This document shows positions 1 through 8,632 of a stretch of 64,000 nt of DNA, piece by piece. Made by a program: the position numbers and the translations under genes. This DNA is from Candidatus Amesbacteria bacterium GW2011_GWB1_47_19 (GTDB lineage: Bacteria; Patescibacteriota; Microgenomatia; CAZETR01; Amesbacteraceae). Numbering within the stretch: position 1 is the stretch's first letter; every line of letters starts with the position of its first letter. The stretch lies in NCBI GenBank assembly GCA_001002325.1, contig LCNZ01000003.1, positions 7,484-71,483 on the forward strand. The letters are read 5' to 3'. The notes under the pieces are model-generated. The model was not told the origin of the DNA, did no database searches, and saw nothing but the letters and a program-made list of their open reading frames with translations.

Positions 1-677
1 ACAACTTTTCCGCCGAGGTCGACGGCTTTAACAACCTCAAACTGTCAATAAAAAACGATAAATTATTGACCCATTTTGGTCACACACCCCTTCCCCCTTA
101 TATTCATTCTGAAGTGACTGAAAAAGTATTGAGAAAGCAATACCAGACTGTTTACGCCGGAAAACCCGGTTCTGCAGCCGCTCCCACTGCCGGTCTGCAT
201 TTCACTCATCGTCTTCTCAATCAACTGTCAACGATGAACTATCAACAGGAATTCGTTACTCTCCACGTCGGCTTGGGCACCTTCAAACCCCCGGGTCCGG
301 ATCAGTTACAATCCGGTACTCTCCATTACGAATGGTTTACCCTCCCTTCTGCTGTCACCCGGAGGCTAAATGCCGCCAAATCAGCAGGGCACCGCATCAT
401 TGCAGTCGGAACCACCTCTGTTCGCGTTCTAGAAACATGTTCAGACAAATCTGGTAGGCTCCACCCCCGCACCGGTTACACGAACATCTTTATCCGCCCG
501 CCGTACCGTTTCAAGTTTGTCGACGGCATGATCACCAACTTCCACCTGCCCGGTACCAGTCTGATCATGCTTGTTTCCGCCATGGCTTCCTGGCCGGTTA
601 TCCGTAGAGCATACCAAGCAGCCATTACTGAAAAATACCGCTTCTTCTCCTTCGGTGACGCCTGTCTTATCGCCTGA
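1..677 (+). CDS. queA: S-adenosylmethionine:tRNA ribosyltransferase-isomerase QueA, C-terminal part; 5' end lies outside the window
   Basis: Frame 3 is open from the window edge (no stop before pos 66). Translation ...DKLLTHFGHTPLPPYI...TAGLHFT... matches the QueA family. TGA stop at 675-677. Confidence 0.8.
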   Translation, partial: NFSAEVDGFNNLKLSIKNDKLLTHFGHTPLPPYIHSEVTEKVLRKQYQTVYAGKPGSAAAPTAGLHFTHRLLNQLSTMNYQQEFVTLHVGLGTFKPPGPDQLQSGTLHYEWFTLPSAVTRRLNAAKSAGHRIIAVGTTSVRVLETCSDKSGRLHPRTGYTNIFIRPPYRFKFVDGMITNFHLPGTSLIMLVSAMASWPVIRRAYQAAITEKYRFFSFGDACLIA

Positions 678-1087
678 TTTCTTGCAAAACCCGATACTTC
701 CCGTCACCTCCCCTTAGCCACCTTTCTTTTCTTCGTTTTGCAACTTTTTTGACCAACATCAATCCAGCTTCTTCCCCGCCATCTGGCCAGACCCTCTTTA
801 GTTGAACCACTGCCTGGTCGTTAGATGCATCTGGTCCGTACCGCTCATCCACCCCCCAAACCGGTTTCCTCTCTCCCATGCCTCACAATAATACTGCCGG
901 TTTATGCTAAAATCCACTAATGAATATTGTCGAAAGAATTAGGGGTAAGCGATCTCCAAAGATCCTTAATTCATATCAGATTGACCAAACCCTGGTTCAA
1001 ATTAGAGATGGGAGTGAGCTGTATTTTCTCCTCCTGAAATTGCTCAAAAGTTCTTGAAATATAAAAAAACCTTTCCGCCACAAAAAA

Positions 1088-2248
1088 TCACTCCCCCAAA
1101 AGCCTCTGAATAACCCCCAAGCGGATTACATCCTGAAAAGAAATCAGCACCATTACACCCAGGAGAAACGCGATCCCCCAGGAATTAATTCTTTGTTCAA
1201 TTTCCGGTTTTATTCTCCTTTTAGTCGCCCATTCCAACCAGATAAACAGCATTCTTCCTCCATCCAGAGCAGGAACAGGCAAGACATTAAACACCCCCAG
1301 GTTAACCGACAGTATAGCCACCAGTTCAAGAAGCGGCAGCCATCCTTGTTTGGCCACCTCACCGGTCAGCTGATAAATCCCCACCGGACCGGATACTCCC
1401 TCCGGGGCTTTACCCGCAAACAAGCTCCTGCCGATCTGCCGCAACCCTTCCCCCACTCTTCCCACCCACGCTCTGGTACTTTTGGTTCCCTGTGTTACCG
1501 CACCCACCGCACAACGGATGGAGAGCATCGAACATTTATCCGTACGCACATACGGATATGTGGTAATCACCACCCCGACCGCCCCCTGTCCTGCGGGAGG
1601 TTCGGTACGAGGAATTACATTTACCACCGAATTTTCCGATTCCCCCTCAACAATTCCCTCAAACAGTATCGTCCCAGATCCTCTTTCCACCATCAGGTTT
1701 ACTCCCAAGCCCGCCCAAGCCTTTACCGCTAAGGAAAACTCCTCGGTGGTATTGATATTCCTGCCTTCTACCTGTGTGATTCTGTCTTCCACCCGGATCC
1801 CCGCAATTTCCGCCGGCGACCCCGGTTCTACTCCCACTACCGTAACTTTATTTTCCGTGCTTACCGGGACTCCGGCAACGGCATACACCAGCACAAACAA
1901 CCCCAACGCCAGCACCATATTCATCACCACCCCGGCTGCGATTACCGCCAACCGTTGCTTTTTTCCCCGACTCCAGAAATCTTTACCCACATCTTTATTC
2001 TTTGTAACTTTGTCGCTTTGTATCTTTGTATCTTCTCCGTAGAGCCTCACAAATCCGCCAAACAGTATCGGATACACTGCATACCGGGTGTCTCCTCTTT
2101 TTATCTTAAAAACCGGCGGGGTCAGGGGTAACCCCAGGGCAAATTCTTCCACTTTTATTTTCAGTATCCTGGCAGCCAGAAAATGACCCAGCTCGTGCAC
2201 CAGCACCAACACGGATAATACCACCAGAAAAATCACTCCCGTCGGCAT
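1088..2248 (-). CDS. rseP: RIP metalloprotease RseP (site-2 protease, M50 family, with PDZ domain)
   Basis: N-terminal TM helix with HELGH zinc motif, a central PDZ-like segment, and a C-terminal LDGG motif typical of M50 proteases. Confidence 0.85.
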   Translation of the reverse strand: MPTGVIFLVVLSVLVLVHELGHFLAARILKIKVEEFALGLPLTPPVFKIKRGDTRYAVYPILFGGFVRLYGEDTKIQSDKVTKNKDVGKDFWSRGKKQRLAVIAAGVVMNMVLALGLFVLVYAVAGVPVSTENKVTVVGVEPGSPAEIAGIRVEDRITQVEGRNINTTEEFSLAVKAWAGLGVNLMVERGSGTILFEGIVEGESENSVVNVIPRTEPPAGQGAVGVVITTYPYVRTDKCSMLSIRCAVGAVTQGTKSTRAWVGRVGEGLRQIGRSLFAGKAPEGVSGPVGIYQLTGEVAKQGWLPLLELVAILSVNLGVFNVLPVPALDGGRMLFIWLEWATKRRIKPEIEQRINSWGIAFLLGVMVLISFQDVIRLGVIQRLLGE

Positions 2249-2286
2249 CGGATCAGTTTATCGTTCCCGCCCTGGCTTGGCAACTC

Positions 2287-3921
2287 TCAATTAACAAACA
2301 GGCTGTACTGATCATTAAATTGCACTATATTTCCTTTGGGATCGGCCGCTTTAAATTGCTGGGCATAATCCCGGGGCAAGGTCAGAATGTATACATATTT
2401 CTCATCCGGATTCATGTGATTCTGCAAGTTCCAATGATAGGCCGCACTGACAGTTCTTTTCTGAAATTCCGGCGCCATAAAGTACCACACCTTCTCCAAA
2501 TGGAAACCGGGAAATGCCGCAATATAGGTATCTCGACCCGGATACAAGTTCAGAGTTTCCTGCACCACTTCAATATCCCGGTTATTCCCCTCACCGGCCA
2601 AAACCGGTCCGATTTTCTGCAGGTTGTCGCCCGCAAACAAGGCCACAGTCACCGCCATAATTATCCACCCTTGGCCTGCCTTTCCCCGTTCCAAATACCG
2701 GAAAGTACTGGCGGCAATCAGGATCAGCAGCGGAAATGCCAGGCTGAACCGGTGGAAAGCCGGTGGCGGTATGGATAGTACCATTGCCAGATACGACATC
2801 ACCACGGCCAGAAGTACCCATCCCCACCTGCTATCCCGCCTGAAAATAACCCCTGTCGTCACCAGACCCACGGCCAACAGCCCCAGATTAAATCCGGACA
2901 ACAGTCCCAACCGCCCGAAGTTGTATCCCCCGTGACCCCCGATACCATCTATATACATCGCCCGCCAAACGCGCCGGTAGTTTTCCGTCAATTCCGATAA
3001 TTTTTTTACCTTTCCATCATCTCTAATCTTGGACCATGTGCCGTTCAAGTAATCTACTTGTTTGGCCCGGGAAACAAAATAATTATCCCACCGCACTGCA
3101 TAAGTCAGAAACGGCCCGGCCACCAGCCATCCCCCGATCACTGCCGCCACCGCCAGTTTCAGGTTATGCTTTTTCAATAACATCAATCCCGCCATTGGCA
3201 CGGCTATATAGGAGCTGATATAAAAAAGCAGTCCTGCCCCGGTCAGCATTCCCATCGCCGCAGCATTTCGGTTCGTCTGCCGCCTCGAAAACAACAGCAA
3301 CCGGTGCAGAAACAATAAAAACACCGCTGTGCTGGACACAAAATGCAGTCCCAATGTCTCCAGATATATTGCCGGCCAGAAAAACGCGTACAGCACAACT
3401 GTTGCAATCCCCACGCTTTTCCCACCCAATAACTTCCCGTTAAGATACAATCCGACTCCGACCAGCCATACGTATGGCTGTACCGACCATTTTATCGCCG
3501 CCATATTTCTACCCAATACTTCCACAATCCCCCTCTGAATCACGAAATATACGGCCGGGAACTGACCCATCCAGTCAACTTTACTAAGTGGAAAACCACC
3601 AAAAAAATTGGCAGTGGAAAAGTCTGTGGTGGCTGAAATCCAGGCTGAAATAACATCGTCACCGTGTATCCGTGACATATCAAACAGGCTTACCCTGACT
3701 ATCACCGGCAGCAGCGCCAAAAGTCCAATCCCCAGCCAAATTCTTATCTTTCCCCGGTCCAGTATGATCAACCGTCCATCAAACCATGCCCCGCAAAAAA
3801 CTAATATCGAAGTCAGCCACAACCCCACCAGTGCGATATCGTACCCCCCTGCCGCCACCCTGGCACTTACATAAGCACCCAAAGAAACCGCCAAAACCAC
3901 CGCCGCTTTTTTAAACTCCAC
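2287..3921 (-). CDS. polytopic membrane protein, probable GT-C fold glycosyltransferase (PMT/ArnT-like)
   Basis: 544 aa with at least 10 predicted TM helices followed by a soluble C-terminal domain. Family assignment rests on architecture only. Confidence 0.4.
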   Translation of the reverse strand: MEFKKAAVVLAVSLGAYVSARVAAGGYDIALVGLWLTSILVFCGAWFDGRLIILDRGKIRIWLGIGLLALLPVIVRVSLFDMSRIHGDDVISAWISATTDFSTANFFGGFPLSKVDWMGQFPAVYFVIQRGIVEVLGRNMAAIKWSVQPYVWLVGVGLYLNGKLLGGKSVGIATVVLYAFFWPAIYLETLGLHFVSSTAVFLLFLHRLLLFSRRQTNRNAAAMGMLTGAGLLFYISSYIAVPMAGLMLLKKHNLKLAVAAVIGGWLVAGPFLTYAVRWDNYFVSRAKQVDYLNGTWSKIRDDGKVKKLSELTENYRRVWRAMYIDGIGGHGGYNFGRLGLLSGFNLGLLAVGLVTTGVIFRRDSRWGWVLLAVVMSYLAMVLSIPPPAFHRFSLAFPLLILIAASTFRYLERGKAGQGWIIMAVTVALFAGDNLQKIGPVLAGEGNNRDIEVVQETLNLYPGRDTYIAAFPGFHLEKVWYFMAPEFQKRTVSAAYHWNLQNHMNPDEKYVYILTLPRDYAQQFKAADPKGNIVQFNDQYSLFVN

Positions 3922-4157
3922 CTATCCAGAATACACTAATGTATTCCCAACCTGCCATCCGGCACAAAGATCTTACTTACAGCTCCCCAGAACGTCGGAT
4001 TAGTTATCAAATAAGTTAATACCGCAATAGCTATTAAACCAATCCCGAATAACTTTATTCGCTCCTCACCATCTGCCTTCTGCCTTTTTTCCATCTCATA
4101 CTGAGTTGTCATAATAAAATGATATCACCGATTATTCTTAAGTCAAGGACTATAGGC

Positions 4158-4712
4158 TCAAGAGCCCGTCAATTCGGCCTCTTTTGCTTGTCCAATCTCC
4201 TCAATTTTATCCATCATTTCATCCGTCACTTTTTGCAGTTCTTCCTCCACGGTAAACTTGTCATCCTCCGGCAGATCCCCCGCTTCATGTGCCCGCTTTA
4301 GCTCCGCCATTTTATCGTGCCTGATTTGGCGAACCTTTACCCGACCTTCTTCCAGCTTGCGATGCAGCATCTTCACATACTCCAACCGCCGCTCACTGGT
4401 CAGAGGCGGAATGGCTATCCGGATAACATTGTTGTCAATTATCGGCGTCAATCCCAAATTAGCCGCCTCGATATCCCGTCTGATATCCCCGATAATTGAA
4501 TTGTCATACGGGGTTATCACCAATGATTGGGCATCCGGCACATTAACCGTTCCCAGTTCCACTACCTTCAGCCGGGTACTGCCGCCGTAAGCTTTGATGA
4601 TCACATTCTCCACCAACGCCGGTGCTGCTCTGCCTGTCCGGATTGTAGCCACATCCTGCTTCACAAATTCCAATACCTTTGCCATTTTGTCCCTCGGACC
4701 ATCAACATCCAT
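4158..4712 (-). CDS. frr: ribosome recycling factor
   Basis: MDVDGPRDKMAKVLEFVKQDVATIRTGRAAPALVENV... aligns with the RRF N-terminus (IRTGRAsPsLLd). Start chosen at the internal Met of the listed ORF. Confidence 0.85.
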   Translation of the reverse strand: MDVDGPRDKMAKVLEFVKQDVATIRTGRAAPALVENVIIKAYGGSTRLKVVELGTVNVPDAQSLVITPYDNSIIGDIRRDIEAANLGLTPIIDNNVIRIAIPPLTSERRLEYVKMLHRKLEEGRVKVRQIRHDKMAELKRAHEAGDLPEDDKFTVEEELQKVTDEMMDKIEEIGQAKEAELTGS

Positions 4713-4764
4713 GTCCCAAATATACCACACCCCGCCAACCATCAGGTTGTTCTTCAGTTTCTGA

Positions 4765-5001
4765 CTACTTTTGAATCAGATTAATGTATCCCAAATATTC
4801 TGCCGCAACAGCTGCAGTAGCACATGTAATTAACCCAATCGCCAGATAAATCAACACATAACCTATCCACGGTTTTGGTTCATTAGAATTTGGAATACTT
4901 TCTTTCGACAGACCGGTTTCTGTATTAGTCGGTCCGACACCACCCGATTTTCTGCCATTTTCAGGTAATCCTGATTTCATAGAACCCATAGTATACCACA
5001 C
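4765..5001 (-). CDS. small membrane protein, hypothetical
   Basis: 78 aa ORF between tsf and frr with one C-terminal TM helix. It occupies the position where pyrH normally sits. Confidence 0.3.
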   Translation of the reverse strand: MWYTMGSMKSGLPENGRKSGGVGPTNTETGLSKESIPNSNEPKPWIGYVLIYLAIGLITCATAAVAAEYLGYINLIQK

Positions 5002-5010
5002 CTCCTCCCG

Positions 5011-5463
5011 TTAGACTTCCACCACCCTAAAATCCGTCACCCTAATATTCTCCCCCAGTTTCCCAATGGTCTCCTTTATTAAATCCGCCACTTTCACTCC
5101 CGGATCGCGGATATACTCCTGTTCCAACAATTCTTCTACATTGGCGGGTTTGGTTGCCGCTGCCTGCATCGCCAGCTCCCGTCCCAGTTTCTGAAAATCA
5201 TCGGTTTTAGCTACAAAATCGGTCTCGCAGGCAACCGCCGCCAACGCCCCCAACCGACCCGTATGGTGCACATAAGCAAATACTATCCCGGCTTTGACCT
5301 CCCTTTCCGATTTTCTATCAGCCTTTTCCAGACCTTTCTGCCGCAGCAGCTTGACTGCCTCTTTGAAATCTCCTCCGGATTCCTCCAGCGCCATCCGGCA
5401 GTCAGATACCCCCGCGGAAGTCATCTCCCGTAACTTCTTTATATCCTCAATCTTAATTTTCAT
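5011..5463 (-). CDS. tsf: elongation factor Ts (short form)
   Basis: N-terminal UBA-like motif ITAxxVKELREMTGAGMMDCK is present as IKKLREMTSAGVSDCRMAL. The 4 nt overlap with rpsB is typical of the rpsB-tsf pair. Confidence 0.85.
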   Translation of the reverse strand: MKIKIEDIKKLREMTSAGVSDCRMALEESGGDFKEAVKLLRQKGLEKADRKSEREVKAGIVFAYVHHTGRLGALAAVACETDFVAKTDDFQKLGRELAMQAAATKPANVEELLEQEYIRDPGVKVADLIKETIGKLGENIRVTDFRVVEV

Positions 5464-6164
5464 ACTTTTCCTTTTAACTTAGACTTAGACTTGGACTCCT
5501 CAATAGCTTCCCCTACCGACCTGACAATCAGATCTATCGCTCCAACCGCATCGTCGTTGGTAGGTATGACAAAATCCACCTGGGTCGGGTCGCCGTTCGT
5601 ATCCACCATCCCTACCACCGGTATCCCCATTCGCACAGCTTCTTTCACTGCTACTTCCTCCCGTTTGGTATCTACCACGAACAGCGCATCCGGCTTTTTC
5701 TCAACTGCAACCAAACCTCCCAGGAATTTCTCCAGTCTGTAAATGTCCCTGTCAATCAGCAGCTGTTCTCTCTTGGTGTATTTTTTCAATTCTCCTTTTT
5801 CCCTCTGTTCCTTCAGGTCTTTTAGTTTCCTCAGACTTTTATTCAACTGGTCAAAATTGGTCAGAAATCCGGCCGGCCATCTCTCCACTGCATATGGCAT
5901 CCCCACCTTGATGGCCGTTTCCTTTACAGTATCCTTAGCCTGTCTTTTTGTTCCTACAAAAATAATCACTCCTCCGTCACCGGCCGTTTTTTTCAAAAAC
6001 CGGCAGGCATCATCCAATCCTTTCTTTGTCAGCACCAGATCAAAAATATGCACCCCGTCCCTCACTCCGTATACGAAAGGTTTCATGGCCGGATTCCATC
6101 TCCGTACCTGGTGCCCGAAGTGGGCTCCCGCTTCTAACAACTGTTTTAACGTTACGTCTTTCAT
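5460..6164 (-). CDS. rpsB: 30S ribosomal protein S2
   Basis: MKDVTLKQLLEAGAHFGHQVRRWNP... is the canonical S2 N-terminus. Confidence 0.9.
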   Translation of the reverse strand: MKDVTLKQLLEAGAHFGHQVRRWNPAMKPFVYGVRDGVHIFDLVLTKKGLDDACRFLKKTAGDGGVIIFVGTKRQAKDTVKETAIKVGMPYAVERWPAGFLTNFDQLNKSLRKLKDLKEQREKGELKKYTKREQLLIDRDIYRLEKFLGGLVAVEKKPDALFVVDTKREEVAVKEAVRMGIPVVGMVDTNGDPTQVDFVIPTNDDAVGAIDLIVRSVGEAIEESKSKSKLKGKV

Positions 6165-6331
6165 TTTCTCCTTTTTTCCCGCCTGCCGGCAGGCTGGCCT
6201 CCCCCACCATTATTTATCAAGGAGAAACCGGTGGGGTGTGTAATAACTGCCCAATTTTAATCCTCCGGGAACCGGCCTGCAATACCCACTTCAGAATGCA
6301 TACCAGGTCTCCGAACTCACCCTGAATTTTA

Positions 6332-6823
6332 TCACTCCAATCCATTATTCCTGATCAATCGCCGCTTCCATTCCTCGTCTTTAATACTTTTCAGATTTAT
6401 CTCCACATTTTCTCTGGCTGCCTTCTGGCCTGCCTGGGCCAGAAACACCGCGCTCCTGGCATCGGACACGGCATTCTTATTACCTTTCTCCACCAGCTGC
6501 TTGGCCAATTCTTCCACTTCTAAAGCAACTTTCATCGTCTCCAAAGGTACCTCCGTCGCCCTTTTCAGTGCCTCCTGTATTCCCAACTTTCTCTTATAAG
6601 CGGCCATTACTTCCTCATAAGCCCTGCAGTCTTCGTCCGCCAGCTCCAAAAGCCTCATCCGCAGTTCCATGCTTTTAGAACCGATAGCCGGGTGCTTCGG
6701 TTCCAGGCCGCAAACCATTTCCACCAGAGCCGCCCCCAGCGCAGCGGCCACGGCTGCCGCTGCCCCTCCTCCCGGCACCGGCTTGCTGCTCGCCAAATCC
6801 TCAATGAACCTACTCAAATCCAT
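6332..6823 (-). CDS. formiminotetrahydrofolate cyclodeaminase / methenyl-THF cyclohydrolase family (FTCD_C domain)
   Basis: PVPGGGAAAAVAAALGAALVEMV motif typical of the cyclodeaminase/cyclohydrolase family. Overlaps the upstream formiminotransferase gene by 14 nt. Confidence 0.7.
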   Translation of the reverse strand: MDLSRFIEDLASSKPVPGGGAAAAVAAALGAALVEMVCGLEPKHPAIGSKSMELRMRLLELADEDCRAYEEVMAAYKRKLGIQEALKRATEVPLETMKVALEVEELAKQLVEKGNKNAVSDARSAVFLAQAGQKAARENVEINLKSIKDEEWKRRLIRNNGLE

Positions 6824-7715
6824 AGATCCTATTCTCCAATACTTGTTCGGCTTTAAAATCCGGTGCCTGTAAACTGTCTCTGGCCATTTTAACCAGAGCT
6901 TCTAGCGGAATCATCCCGTAAATCTCGGATTCGGCAATCTTCACCCCTAGTTTGTGCGCTTGCTCCTTTATCGCCGCATACACCCCATCCATATTCGTCT
7001 TCTCAAAATCCACCAGATTCATTGAAATTTGAGCCTTACCGTCCACCAGGAAGCCCAATGCTTTGATACCCGGTAGACCGCCGTTTCTCTCCCGGATAAC
7101 ATTGGCAATGTCTTTAGCCACCCTCACATCCGCCGTATCCAAATTTACGTTATAAGCGATCAGATATTTTCTGGCCCCCACCACCATCGCCCCGGCCGTG
7201 GGATGCATTTCGGTTGGTCCGTAATCAGGCTTTCTCTCTTTTTTCGTCTGTATCTCAACTCCCAATCCCTCGTACTCTCCCTTCCTTACGTCAGCTAAAT
7301 TTACCCGTTCCGGCCGGGTGGCCGCATCCTCATATAAATAAACCGGAATCTTCAGCTCCCGGGCTACCTGCTGACCCAATTTCTTCGCTAGCTTTACGCA
7401 CTCCCCGATGCTCATCCGGGATACCGGCACAAACGGTACCACATCTGTCGCTCCTATCCTCGGATGTTCTCCTTTGTGCTTTCGCATGTCAATCAATTTC
7501 GTCGCCGTTTTGATTGCTTCCCAAACCGCCTGATACACCGCCTCTGGTTCTCCCACGATTGTCATCAGGCTCCGGTTGTGCGACGCATTCCATTCCACAT
7601 CCAGCACCCGCGCTCCCTGAACTTTCCCGGCCGCCGCGGCAATTCCCTTAATTACGTCCTTATTCTTTCCCTCCGAAAAATTCGGCACACACTCAATTAT
7701 CCTGGCTTTTTTCAT
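6810..7715 (-). CDS. glutamate formimidoyltransferase (FTCD N-terminal domain)
   Basis: Conserved N-terminal ECVPNFSEG motif and overall length (~300 aa) of formiminotransferase. Confidence 0.8.
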   Translation of the reverse strand: MKKARIIECVPNFSEGKNKDVIKGIAAAAGKVQGARVLDVEWNASHNRSLMTIVGEPEAVYQAVWEAIKTATKLIDMRKHKGEHPRIGATDVVPFVPVSRMSIGECVKLAKKLGQQVARELKIPVYLYEDAATRPERVNLADVRKGEYEGLGVEIQTKKERKPDYGPTEMHPTAGAMVVGARKYLIAYNVNLDTADVRVAKDIANVIRERNGGLPGIKALGFLVDGKAQISMNLVDFEKTNMDGVYAAIKEQAHKLGVKIAESEIYGMIPLEALVKMARDSLQAPDFKAEQVLENRIYGFE

Positions 7716-7723
7716 ATCGCTGC

Positions 7724-8320
7724 CTACCTTGCTAATGTAATCACCGGTTTAACTACCGCAAAAATCCGTCCGGCAACCGTCAGAATCGGTGCGTCTGCCC
7801 CCACTCTGATCCAGCCGTACCTGTCCGCCAGCTGCAAATACATCTTCCGCATCCGGTACCACTCATCCTCATCCTCGTACGGATGTCCCGCCTGCAATCG
7901 TTCCATTCTTTTGGGTCCGTCCATCAAAACCGCCAGGTCCGGATCAATCTGGTCCGAATTCAATTCCTCCATTCTGTCCAAACTAATTCCCCGCACTATC
8001 CCCCAAGCAACTCCTGTACCTTTGTAATCCTCGGCCAGGACACTCACTCCGGCATCCAGCCAGCTTTTCAGGGTCGGCTCAAATTCCCGCCGGTTTGCAG
8101 CAAACAGTTCCTGCATTTTCTGCTCCGTCAGTGCATTTCCGTTGCGGTGCAGAACTTTATCCAGCACCGGACCGCTCGGTTCCTGCTCATACACCGGATA
8201 CTTTACCCTCCGGCAGGAATAACCCATCCGCCGCATGGTATCGTCCAATATTTCCAGTTGTTTCGATTTCCCCACACCCGCCGGGCCGTATATGACGACA
8301 AACAATCCCCTTCTCATCAA
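7724..8320 (-). CDS. P-loop nucleoside/nucleotide kinase, thymidylate-kinase-like
   Basis: Walker A IYGPAGVGKSKQ near the N-terminus and ~200 aa size. Substrate cannot be assigned. Confidence 0.5.
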   Translation of the reverse strand: MMRRGLFVVIYGPAGVGKSKQLEILDDTMRRMGYSCRRVKYPVYEQEPSGPVLDKVLHRNGNALTEQKMQELFAANRREFEPTLKSWLDAGVSVLAEDYKGTGVAWGIVRGISLDRMEELNSDQIDPDLAVLMDGPKRMERLQAGHPYEDEDEWYRMRKMYLQLADRYGWIRVGADAPILTVAGRIFAVVKPVITLAR

Positions 8321-8335
8321 TTTCCTATTCTACCA

Positions 8336-8629
8336 CTAATCCGCCGGAGCCAAACCGACTACCGCCGAGGCCATCTCTTCCATACTGGATTGACGTCTCG
8401 GTTCCGTTCGTGCGTGTCGCCTGATCAAACCTCTTAATCTGGAACGGTCATTTATTTTCACCAGACCATAAATCGTCGCCGAGGCCAACACCCCCATCAC
8501 TACCCATCCCCAACCGGCTCCCTTTTCGTAATGCATTCCCATAGCCACCCCAAAAGGTAGTACCGTCAGCAGGGTATCTCTGCCGACTTCCAGCAATGTT
8601 TTTGGTTTTTCAAAATTTACATCTTCCAT
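8336..8629 (-). CDS. small membrane protein, hypothetical
   Basis: 97 aa with two hydrophobic helices (GVAMGMHYEKGAGWGWVVMGVLASATIYGLV), immediately downstream of topA. Confidence 0.3.
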   Translation of the reverse strand: MEDVNFEKPKTLLEVGRDTLLTVLPFGVAMGMHYEKGAGWGWVVMGVLASATIYGLVKINDRSRLRGLIRRHARTEPRRQSSMEEMASAVVGLAPAD

Positions 8630-8632
8630 ACC

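Noticed and set aside
1193-2042. Plus-strand ORFs 1193..1732 and 1482..2042 listed in the six-frame track
   Set aside because: They lie entirely antisense to rseP, have Pro/Ser/Arg-rich low-complexity translations and no motifs. They are typical antisense shadow ORFs.
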